Source of the DNA: Octopus bimaculoides
Taxonomy: Eukaryota
Length of the DNA: 64,000 nt
Reading direction: 5' to 3'
NCBI RefSeq assembly: GCF_001194135.2
Contig: NC_068987.1
Span: forward strand, 465-64,464
The position numbers and the translations under genes were made by a program. This document shows positions 27,180-37,206 of this stretch, in pieces; within the stretch, counting starts at the first letter, position 1; every line of letters starts with the position of its first letter. The notes below the pieces were generated by a model that did not search any database, was not told where the DNA came from, and saw only the letters and a list, made by a program, of their open reading frames with translations.

Positions 27180-28260
27180 CATATTTGATGAGATGATCTT
27201 TTAACAGGGCTGCCAATAAGCCAAAAATACCACAAACCTCTTTGCCAAGGTCCTCTCTTCTCTCATTTGAATTTCCATGCATGTCAATTCATAACCATCA
27301 TTTAGCATGAAACTATGAAATTTTCCATTACTCTTGATACCTACTCAGATGTGATAGGAGAGCAAGATCCCTTGATGTTAAATGTCACTATCAAATACAG
27401 AAATCTGATATGTTGTGTGGTTTTGGATCCTAATTTCAGATGCTAAGTACTGTTATAAATCTTTTGGCACAAATTTATACTTGAAATAAATTTATCTGAT
27501 GATAAGGACAGTGTGCTTAACAACAAATCAGATGCTGATATTTTTTAATTTCATCAAATGCCTTCAGATAATTTTCAGACCAGTTCTACTTTATATCCTT
27601 TTTTAATAGATTATTTAGTGGAACTCATGCATTTTTGGAATATAATTTTGGTAATAATTTGCCAGTCCCAGAAAGCTTGTAAGATCGCTATGTTTGTTGG
27701 AGGGAGCATATTCTTAATTGTGTCTGCCCTTGACAGATCTGGTTGACGTCCATTTCTGTCAATGATTTGTCCTAAATTTTCGGTAAGAAAAATTCACTTT
27801 ACTTCACTGAAAGTAAAGCCATAATCCTTAATTTTTTTTTTAACACATACTTTACATGCTCAACATACTGATACCTGGATTCACTTTTAATGAGTATATC
27901 ATCCAGCTATGGAATTGCAAATTCACAGTCTGCTAATATTGCATTCACAATCATTTATGGTCCACTCCAATTTGTAGGTACGCGTCAGAGAGTTCCATTT
28001 TAGAAAATATCTTGCCACCATTTAACTTCACAAATATGTCCTCTGGCGTAGGTAGCAGATATTTTAAGACATATCTGTTAAACCAATGGAAAAATCAGTA
28101 GACACTCTGATTTTATTATTCTTTTTTCTTAACATATACAGTTGGTGATGCCCATTAACTATACTCCACTTTTTGGATAACTCCAGTTAGTTCTAGTCTC
28201 ACTAAGTTTCTCTGTGGCATTGGAGATATTTGTAGGAACTGAGCCATTAACCACAAAGTT
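27180..28260 (-). mobile_element. Gypsy (Mag-like) pol fragment, heavily decayed
   Basis: Manual minus-strand translation: VIQKVEYS*WASPTVYVKKK, KIRVSTDFSIGLN, LLPTPEDIFVKLNGGKIFSKMELSDAYLQI, *LDDILIKSES, LGQIIDRNGRQPD, LANYY. Confidence 0.8.
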
Positions 28261-28639
28261 CTTGGCAATGTTGGCAGCTTGTCTCACCGAAGTGTCAGAT
28301 GATGCCTGTCAGGGCACTTGGCTTTCCCAATGCCTTAGCCTTGCCATCGCCCATGGTAACGCATGCCTTAGTAATGCAAGCTTGCTGGCTTGCTTCAGTA
28401 GGTTCCATTATACCTAGTGGTGTGTGTTCAGTTGCTGTGGTTAAAAAAAAAAAAACCCTCACAAATGGTCTCAATACAGTTTTAACTGAAAGATTTGAAA
28501 GAATTAGAAGAAAGTTCTCTGGTAATTTCCTTTCATGTAAATAAATGATTTTATTAATTTGATAATTTGCCAACAAAATCTTTATAAAATGACAATGTTC
28601 TAGAACATGTACATGTTTATGTGTTATAAAGGACAGATC

Positions 28640-29640
28640 TTCTCAAGCATATTGTCGGACACATCAAGGGCACAACCCATTTAAAAGTACCTTTGATGCG
28701 TCGGGTGATAATAATATGCTCAAGAAGACCTGTTGAGACAAGTAAAACCAAAATCGTTCTGGTGGCACATAAAATGCATTATCTGAACATGGTCGATGCC
28801 AGTGACCACTGACTGGCTCCCATGCTGGTGGAACGTAGAAAGCACCATTCGAACATGGCCGATGCCAGGCCCACCTGACTGGCTCATTGTGTTTAGTGAA
28901 CCCAAATAATTTTGCACCATAGAATAGTAGGTGGATATCAGGGAGAACTTTCGCTGAAGAGAACTGGTTCACAAACAGAGTCAAACTCTCCAAGAGTTCA
29001 AGTCCAGCGTCACCGGCAGATAAGGAGATACCATCTTTGAGGTGTTGAGGCCAAAGGCCATCAATTCCCGCACCTGAACCAGCAGGGAAGGATGAAATTG
29101 CCTTTCTGATGTTATCAGAGGTGAAGACTAGTCTCAAGTAGTCTGGGGGATTGGGCCAGTTTAGTTGATTATCTGGGGGTGCTGATAGGTGCTTCTCTTT
29201 CAGGTGCCTAAGAGACTCAGAATTACATGGAGCAAGGGAGGATAGTGAGGAAAGGAGACGGCCGGCCTCTTTTATGTCAAATTCACTGAATTTGGCATTG
29301 ACTGCATGCTTGAGGTTTATTGGTTGCCTGTTGGTCGATGTCAAATTGAGGTGAGAAGTGATCGGAGTGGACTCAAATAATTGTCTTTAGGTATTGGCTA
29401 GTGCAAGCATGGAGAGCAGTCAGGTGGTGAGCTAGCATCGACCAACAGTAGAGGTCTAGCGCTGGAACTCAATCAACGAAGTGAGTTAGCAGAAGAAGCA
29501 GGGTATGTAACATTAGTTCCAATGGTTGGACTAGAACGAAAGTCGGTGGTGGAGGGGGACGGTTGAAAGTTGTAGGAGTGGCGGGGTTGGTAGGGTAAGC
29601 GCAATTTAGCTGTTGTTTTTAGCATATCTCACGACCGTCT
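28640..29640 (-). mobile_element. CRE-clade-like non-LTR retrotransposon fragment (N-terminal part of RT), interrupted by a SINE-derived repeat at ~28745-28870
   Basis: ORF 28664-29344: AISSFPAGSGAGIDGLWPQHLKD...LLESLTLFVN...FYGAKL resembles the CRE RT motif SF..GS.GG.DGL.PQHLKD...FYGA.L as recalled; extent approximate. Confidence 0.65.
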
Positions 29641-30169
29641 GATATCTTCCTTATTTTAAAATATTTTCGGTTAATTACTACAAGTTCTCTCAGTCACCAA
29701 TAAGCAAGTTAACAAGCCTAATGGGTGTAGGAAGATCTGTATTGAATGTTTTTAAGTATAAGCCTAGTTGGGGGTAAGGAGAATGTTTTACAGTATAAAA
29801 ATGTGTCTTTAAGGAGTTATTGGTGAACGACATCAAGAACCAGTATACATTCTTCCGTGTCATCAGGAACATTGGTATTGTCTTGCAGCCCCCAAAAGAA
29901 ACTTATGAAATCACTGATTTTCAGATATTTTACTGTCTTTTAAAAAAATGAATATATTGTGAATGAAAAAAACTAGATCCCCGTTTTTCTCGGCTGAACA
30001 GCGAAAACACGGTCGCACATTCACAAACATATAAGTACACTCATTGTCTTTCAAGTCCACAAGCGAGTTGAACAGTAAAATCTCTCCCTCACACACATAC
30101 ATACATCTTTTCTGTTTTCACGAATCGCTTATGTTTATGTATTTTTGTGTATGTGCATATGTAGGCGGG

Positions 30170-30242
30170 GGTAAAGAATGCGCACACCACCCGTTTTCGG
30201 CATAACCCTAACCCTAAATACAGGGTGTGCGTATTCTTTACC
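30170..30242. repeat. Small hairpin with a (CCCTAA)-repeat loop
   Basis: GGTAAAGAATGCGCACACC ... GGTGTGCGTATTCTTTACC inverted arms (one mismatch); loop contains TAACCCTAACCCTAA. Confidence 0.8.
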
Positions 30243-30835
30243 TTTGTCCCCGAAAAGACAACCAGCACTTTCCAATCAAACGGGGCAGCGAGATCAATTA
30301 TAACCGTGGAATATATAAAAATATCCTCGGTTACTTGAAATGCCGAAACGAAAATAGAATAGTTCACTAGTTCTTTTTTTTTTTCTCTCTGATAATTTTT
30401 TCTGCATTTCGAAATTCCTCCTGACTTTATACATCCTCACATGTTTTAATTAATGTTTAATTAATGGAGTTAGTGACCAATTTCTTCTAAGCTGCGTAAA
30501 TCTTTTCCTCATAAAACACGTACTTTTAAAATGAAAGTATTGCTAAAACAGTAAGAGTATTTTTTTTTTTTATAATCTACAAACTTTTCTTTCTTCTTTA
30601 TATCTTTTAAAAATTAATTTTTATCAGAAGCCCTCCTCATCTCTCTCTCTATCACATGACGAAAATTGACCAATGAAATCCGACCAACATCACAGCCTCA
30701 TGCCGTCCATCGTAGTTTCATTGATGTAATTGTTGGACACAGATGAAAATATTTGACTCTAATTTAACCGTCATCGAGATTTATATGTGGTATTTATTAT
30801 TATTATGTTTTTTTTTCTTCTATTCAGTTTTTGTT

Positions 30836-31084
30836 GGTACTACTAAAGCAGCACGGTCCCGAACGCGCAGTCGCGCGTCCGTGCTAGCTAGTCGTGAGTT
30901 GTCGATCCTAGCCCTGACCCTGTCCCTAACCCTAACTCTAACCCTATCCCTAACCCGCGTGTGTAAATGAATACATGTTTAGGGTTAGGGTTAGGGACAG
31001 GGTCAGGGCTAGGATCGACCACTCACGACTAGCTAGCGCGGACGCGCGACTGCGCGTTCGGGACAGTGCTGCTTTAGTAGTACC
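30836..31084. mobile_element. CpG-rich foldback/MITE with internal telomere-type (CCCTAA)n/(TTAGGG)n arrays
   Basis: Arms of ~105 bp are reverse complements with ~3 mismatches; ends GGTAC...GTACC; GTT on both flanks (possible 3-bp TSD). Confidence 0.85.
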
Positions 31085-31144
31085 GTTTTTTTTTTTAATT
31101 TCATGTTCGTTGATATTATTTTCCTTTGATCTGTCATAAAATTC

Positions 31145-31200
31145 CTAACATCCCCCTACCCTCCCCCTCAGTCAGGTTTCACTTTTGCGCTTAACGACGA
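31145..31200 (+). promoter_or_regulatory. Putative core promoter of ZNF gene 3
   Basis: TAACATCCCCC...GGTTTCACTTTTGCGC aligns with TAACATCCCCCC...GAGTTTCACTTCCGGC upstream of ZNF gene 4. Confidence 0.4.
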
Positions 31201-31622
31201 TCATCGATGGAATTTTGATGCGCAACCGCTGAGATTTATTTAGTTTCTGATGGGAGACCACGTAACCGAGTTTCTAAGATTGATTCTATGTTCTTGTTGC
31301 AGTGCTGATCTCTCGAGATGTGCAATTGATTCATCAATTGAAAAAGTTGAGATGTTTCAGCATCTGAACTTTGTTATTTTTCCTACTCGCAGTCACGACG
31401 ACGGGACCTGGACTGTGGTGCCCCGGGGCACATGCCGGACGAAACCCTTTCACGGTTCGTTTAAGAGCCTCTATTGCCATTGACTGCATCATTGTTATTG
31501 TTATTAGTCTTCATTGAATGTGGCCCTGCCTTTTTAGGTTTCGGCCAGTTTTTCAAATGAAAAAAAAAAAAAAAAGGTACTAATATCACTTAATCTGAAA
31601 GTGTATCTGTGGTTTGCAAATA

Positions 31623-32898
31623 TCAGGTGATCCCATAAGTTCTGTCCGAATTTTGAATAAAGAAAACGAGTTATCAAATGTGATATTTAATTGGAATTTA
31701 ATCGTCAGTGTACTTTCCCTGATTATCTATGACTTCCTTCCATCTATTTACAAGCTTTTTAATCCCATCAATGTAAAATTCTTTTGGTTTCAAAGTGAAG
31801 AACTCTGAAATGTCAGTTTCGACCTCCTTCTGGCTTGTGAAATTTATGTCCCCCAAATGATTCTGTAAACTACGAAACAAATGATAATCTGAAGGAGCAA
31901 GGTCAGGAGAATAAGGTGGATGAGGAATTTTTTTCCCAACCAAGCTCTTCGATCTTCTGTGGTGTGATCTTTGCAAGGGGTGGGGGGTCATGCATTGTCC
32001 TGATGAAATATCACTGGTTTTCGATTTACTAAAGTGGGTCTTTTTTTCTTTAAAGCTTGGTTCAAACGCTCTAATTGCTGACAGTAGACTTGAGCATTGA
32101 TTGTTGAATTAGGTGGTAACAATTCAAAGTGAATTACTCCTTTGCAATCCCACCAGATAGAGAGAAGAACCTTTTTCCCATGAAGTTGTCTTCTTGGTTG
32201 TGGTTGAGCCTTTTCCCTTTTACCAAACCACTGTTTACAACGTTTAACATTTCAATAGAAGATCCATTTTGCGTCACCAGTCACAAGTCTATCAAAAAAG
32301 GGTGAAATGAGTTCGCGAGAATGGAGAGAAGAGCAGATGTCAACTCAGGATTTGCAGTTGCTTTCAGACAATTCATGAGGCACCCATTTTTCCAAGTTGT
32401 TAAGATGATGATGAACAGGTGTATGGTTTGAATTAAGCTTTATTGCCAATTCTTCAACTGATAATGTAGGATTTTCTTCAAGTAATACCTCAAGGAGCTT
32501 ATCATTAAACTCAACTGGACGTCTTGTGCGATCTTCATCTTCAAGGCTGAAATTTCCACTTCTGAATTTTGTAAACCATCTTCTGCAAGTTCTTTCATTC
32601 AAGCATTCTTTCCCATAAACTGAGTATATGTTTCGAGTCGCTTCGGCTGCAGAGTTTCCTTTTTTGTACTCATTAAGCATTATGTGCCTTAAATGCTCTT
32701 TGGATACTTCCATGTTAGAAAGGGTTTTAATCAAAGAAATTTTAATTCTATTATTCTGTAAAATAATATTTCATTTGTTTAAATGTACACAAATGCATAA
32801 AAATAATTTTTTTATTCCATTAGACATTCTAAAATACCATTAAATTTCATTCAATTTTAAAAAAGGTAAAATCAGACAGAACTTGTGGGATGACCTGA
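31623..32898 (-). mobile_element. Near full-length mariner (DD34D) transposon, 1276 bp, transposase pseudogenised
   Basis: TIRs TCAGGTGATCCCATAAGTTCTGTCCGAATTTT / AAAATCAGACAGAACTTGTGGGATGACCTGA, TA at 31621-22 and 32899-900; HTH region EHLRHIML...RRWFTKFRSG, WVPHEL, HPPYSPDLAPSDYHLF. Confidence 0.95.
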
Positions 32899-33437
32899 TA
32901 TGTTGACCATAATGTTAATAAATTATTGAGTAATGTTTTGCATCTATAGTTATCACTAAAGAAATCTTGTAAAATGTCCGTTGTTGAATCTCTCCAGTTC
33001 AAGTATCCCTTATATCTTACATTATTTTTCTATTATTTCAGAATATCAGAAAGACTCAAGGAAGATGATGTACAGCTCAGTTATAACACTATTTATTTAA
33101 ATCTATGGTGGAATTACTGAAATATTTTCTGTGTGTGACTATTACCAACATTCTATGTGGGAATCTATACGAGATAGTTTTGTATTCTAATGAGATATGG
33201 ATGAGTTTACAAAGGAATGTGTCCCAGCCATGTATATTGTCAAGTTGATGGAGAAACAGCAGTAGAAATACTTGTCAGAAGGAATCAAAAAATAAGGTCT
33301 AAGAAAAGAAAATAATGAAATATGTTGAGAGAAAATTGATAGACAATGAATTGTAAGAGAAGCAGTCTAAAAAGTTTGATTTTCCTGGTGTGTTGAAAGA
33401 GTAAGGCAAAACGTCATACCAGTGTGATATCTTTAAA

Positions 33438-34499
33438 ATGTCATTCTCTCAAACAAACAATTTTATTCACAAATGCATTTATACAGGAGAAAAGCCATAT
33501 TCCTGTGATATCTGCAATAAATTATTTTCTAGAGGTTTTGACTTAACAAGACACAAACGCATTCATATGGCACAGAGACCAAATCATTGTGATACTTGTG
33601 GTAAATCATTCTCTCTAAATGATCACCTAACTAAACACAAACACATTCACACAGGAGAAAAACCATATCATTGTGATATCTGTGGCAAATCATTCTCTCT
33701 GGATGATCACTTAACTAAACACAAACGCATTCATACAGGTGAGAAATCATATAACTGTGATATCTGTGGCAAATCATTCTCTGGAAGTAGTGACTTAAAA
33801 AGACATAGACGCATACATACAGGAGAGAAGCCATACCGCTGTGGTAACTGTGCTAAATCCTTCTCTGAAAAATCTAAATTAAATAAACACAAACGATTTC
33901 ACACAGGTGAGAAGCCATATTGCTGTGACATCTGTTATAAATCATTCTATGGAAGAGGCGACTTAACTAAACACAAATGCATTCATACAGGAAAGAAACC
34001 ATATCATTGTGATATTTGTGGCAAATCATTCTGTGGAAGTAATGACTTGACAAGACACAAGCGAGTACATACAGGTGAGAAGCCATATCACTGTGATATT
34101 TGTGGCAAATCATTCTCTCTAAATGATCACTTAACTAAACACAAACGAATTCATACAGGAGAGAAGCCATACAATTGTAGTATCTGCAGTAAATGCTTCA
34201 CTAGAAGCGGTGACTTAACTAAACACATACGCAGTCACACAGGAGAGAAACCATATCACTGTGATATCTGTTATAACTCATTCTCTGGAAGTAATGACTT
34301 AAGAAGACACAAACGCATTCATACAGGAGAGAAGCCATACCACTGTGATGCTTGTGGCAAATCATTCTCTCTAAATGATCACTTAAGAAGACACAAACGG
34401 ATTCATACAGGGGAGAAGCCATATCATTGTGATATCTGTGGTAAATTGTTCTCACGAAATGATCACTTGACTAAACACAAACGAATTCACATTAGATAG
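33438..34499 (+). CDS. Poly-C2H2 zinc-finger protein (ZNF gene 3), 353 aa, 12 intact fingers; ancestral N-terminus disrupted
   Basis: 12 C2H2 units with TGEKP linkers; upstream in-frame sequence homologous to the gene 2 N-terminus has ATA in place of ATG (33339) and stops at 33354 and 33402; acceptor AG at 33040-33041. Confidence 0.8.
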   Translation: MSFSQTNNFIHKCIYTGEKPYSCDICNKLFSRGFDLTRHKRIHMAQRPNHCDTCGKSFSLNDHLTKHKHIHTGEKPYHCDICGKSFSLDDHLTKHKRIHTGEKSYNCDICGKSFSGSSDLKRHRRIHTGEKPYRCGNCAKSFSEKSKLNKHKRFHTGEKPYCCDICYKSFYGRGDLTKHKCIHTGKKPYHCDICGKSFCGSNDLTRHKRVHTGEKPYHCDICGKSFSLNDHLTKHKRIHTGEKPYNCSICSKCFTRSGDLTKHIRSHTGEKPYHCDICYNSFSGSNDLRRHKRIHTGEKPYHCDACGKSFSLNDHLRRHKRIHTGEKPYHCDICGKLFSRNDHLTKHKRIHIR

Positions 34500-35249
34500 A
34501 AACGATGCAGTGATTTTAACGGAGGAAATAACATAATTACTTGCTGTCACATTCCTATAGGAGAGAAGACATATAACTGATATTTCTGGTAAATCATTCA
34601 CTTGGACAAGTCACTTGACTACGTGTATGTTTTATTTGGAAGAGTAACTGTGTCAGCATCTAAAGTAATTCTCTAAGAAAACTAGCAAATATTAAATTGT
34701 GCACACAGGACAGAACCATGTGATAACAACTTCCCAGCACTGTTGTTTTATATAAACACTATTGTATCTAATAAAAGCATTCTTTGAAACAATTCCTCTG
34801 TATTCTATCTTATTTCCAAATAGTAGAAAAGATATTGATTTTATTTGCAGTAGTAGGTAAATAGGTAAGTAGTGTCTGAAATCAGGGATAACAACTGTAC
34901 AGTACTTCTGTTCATATACAGTTTCCTCTTTAGTCAAAATTAGACTTGACCCAAAAGTAAATGACATGAAATTTATAAATGGAATTGTGGTGGACACGTC
35001 TGGAGTGTGATTGATGACACATGGCCAGAAAAGTCAAGAGATAAGATTTTAAGATACAAAAGGAAACATCTGATGACAAAATAACTTGAATAAATTCGAC
35101 TAAAATATGTTGGCTTCCTTGAACTTGCTATAGTCATGAGAAATGTTATCATCATCATTGAGCATTCATTCTTCATGCTGGCATGGGTTGGATGGTTTGA
35201 TAGGAGCTGCTCCTGAGACAGCGACTATTTTACTTACATTTTCATGTCT

Positions 35250-35700
35250 TCCCCAACACAGCAAACACCTGAAGTCTTGGTCCCTTGTCACCTCTTCTGT
35301 GAGGCCCAACGTCTGAAGATCCTTTCTCACTACATCATCCCATGTCTTCCACGCCGTTACTTCACAATTAGAGTTTGGCCCTTCTTGATGCAGCTGTCCT
35401 CATCCATTTGCATCACATAACCATTCCAGTACACCTTTCTCTCTTGCAAACTACATCTGCTGCCTCATGTACCCAATTTTTTTCACACTCTGCCATACAT
35501 GCACACTGACATTACCCGTCCAATGGAACATGTTGGCTTCAGTTCTTTCAAGCCTTCACATATCCTCTGCATTCAAAACTCGTGTCTCACTGCCATGTAG
35601 CATAGTTGTTCATATATAGGCATCATACAAGAGGCTCTTTGTTACTAACAGAAGTCGTAGCTCTCTGAACTTTGCCCTGCCCATTTGTTTTCTAGCATCT
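35250..35700 (-). mobile_element. RTE LINE 3' fragment
   Basis: Homologous by eye to 5545-6000 (…CAAAGTTCAGAGAGCTAC…, LYDAYI..TMLHGSET). Confidence 0.7.
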
Positions 35701-37206
35701 ACACTAGAATATATTGATGTGAAAGACAACAACACTGAATCCTCTAAGTTTTATTTTCTACTATGTGCTGGCTTGGGTAGTTCTATAATTAATTTAGCTA
35801 AACAGGCATAATTCCAAAAGTTTGTAAGTTCAGATTTACTTTGTACAATGATACATGTAGAAACAAATGTTTTCAATTGCAACATTTGTGAAAACAAGAT
35901 TGAGTTAAAAGTGTTGTAGAAATGAGTGTAATATATCATTGTCATCATTTCATGTCCATCTTCCTTGCTAGCATGGATTGGTTGGTTTGAGGGTGTCTGA
36001 TGTGTCAGGGGACTGCCTTCAGCTCCAATGTCTTTTTTAGAATAGTTTCTAAGACTGGGTACACTTCCTCTTGATGCTACCTACCAAGTATACTGGGGGC
36101 TTTTGCATGTTGCCAAGATTACTTGACTGAGGTGACTAGTATTGATGAAGGTGGCTTTCTTTCTGATGTTGAAGGACAAGAGTATGATAGAGGAATAGGA
36201 AGAGAGGAGGAGATATACATGGGTATCACAGCAGGAAAGAAATGATGGTGATGATGAAGTGTCAAGGTACAAGAAAGTGAAGCTGAAGAGGAACAGGAGT
36301 GGTTTAGAAGAGTGTGAGGAAAGCAACAAATGGTTGGAGGTGGAAATATCGGCGAATGCAGTGAATAGCAAACAGGAAGAGGTAGGGTCAATAGTGAATA
36401 TGAGTTTGAAGAGGAGGATAAGGTGAGTACGAAAATAGGATGAGTGTAATAAAGCTCTAGAGGAGAGGTGAGAGGGGCAGAGATAAGAAACGGGGTGAGA
36501 GTGAAAAAAGGACATCATAAAATCGGTTCTTCTGATCGTCTGCTAGCCTTGATGGTGGGGGCCATAGGCAGAGATAAATATAACTGTTGATAAGTCTATC
36601 ACATGCTCTACTTCAGTCACCTTTCAAAAATTGGCAACCAAACTGAAAAGATTCAGATCTTGTTCTTTGGGAGTTATAAACACTTACTGTAAGATTTTTG
36701 TTTTGTTTTATCAAGTAAATCAAACGTTTATTTGTATCATTCAGTGCAGCCCTTAATATGTTTACAAACTGTATTTACTGGCGTGGGGGATGGAGGTAGG
36801 GCAAGAGTAATATTCATTACCTTTTTGACTCTCCAGAATTACATTTGAAACATTTCATGCACATCAATATCCATCCTTAGACATCTGGCAGATAAGAAAT
36901 GCAACAAACATTTTCCCCACAATTTTTTTCATAATCATAATCTATGCTGTTTTGAAAGGTGTTTCTGTAAAATTTCATTAAAAGATATCCATTTTTATAG
37001 ATTGGTTGGTTTGAGGGTGACAGAGGACTACCTTGAGCTCATCTTTTTTGCAATAGTTTCTAAGACTGGGTAAAGTTATGAGGGGAAAAAAACCCAATCA
37101 TGTGAATCTTCCGAACTCCTCTCCCCACCCCTTCGGAAAACATTTTCCTCAGAAATTTCTTTGTAATCTGTGTCATTTGAACAGTATTTTGTATAACATT
37201 TTCCAG

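Noticed and set aside
30900-31012. Telomere-telomere fusion site
   Set aside because: Arrays are only a few degenerate units and are embedded in matching non-telomeric inverted arms with a possible TSD, which fits an element better than a chromosome fusion.
35065-35112. AACAT-CTGATGA...ATGTT possible hammerhead downstream of gene 3
   Set aside because: Stem I and a 3-bp stem II are possible, but there is no GAAA and no stem III/UH; too degenerate to support.
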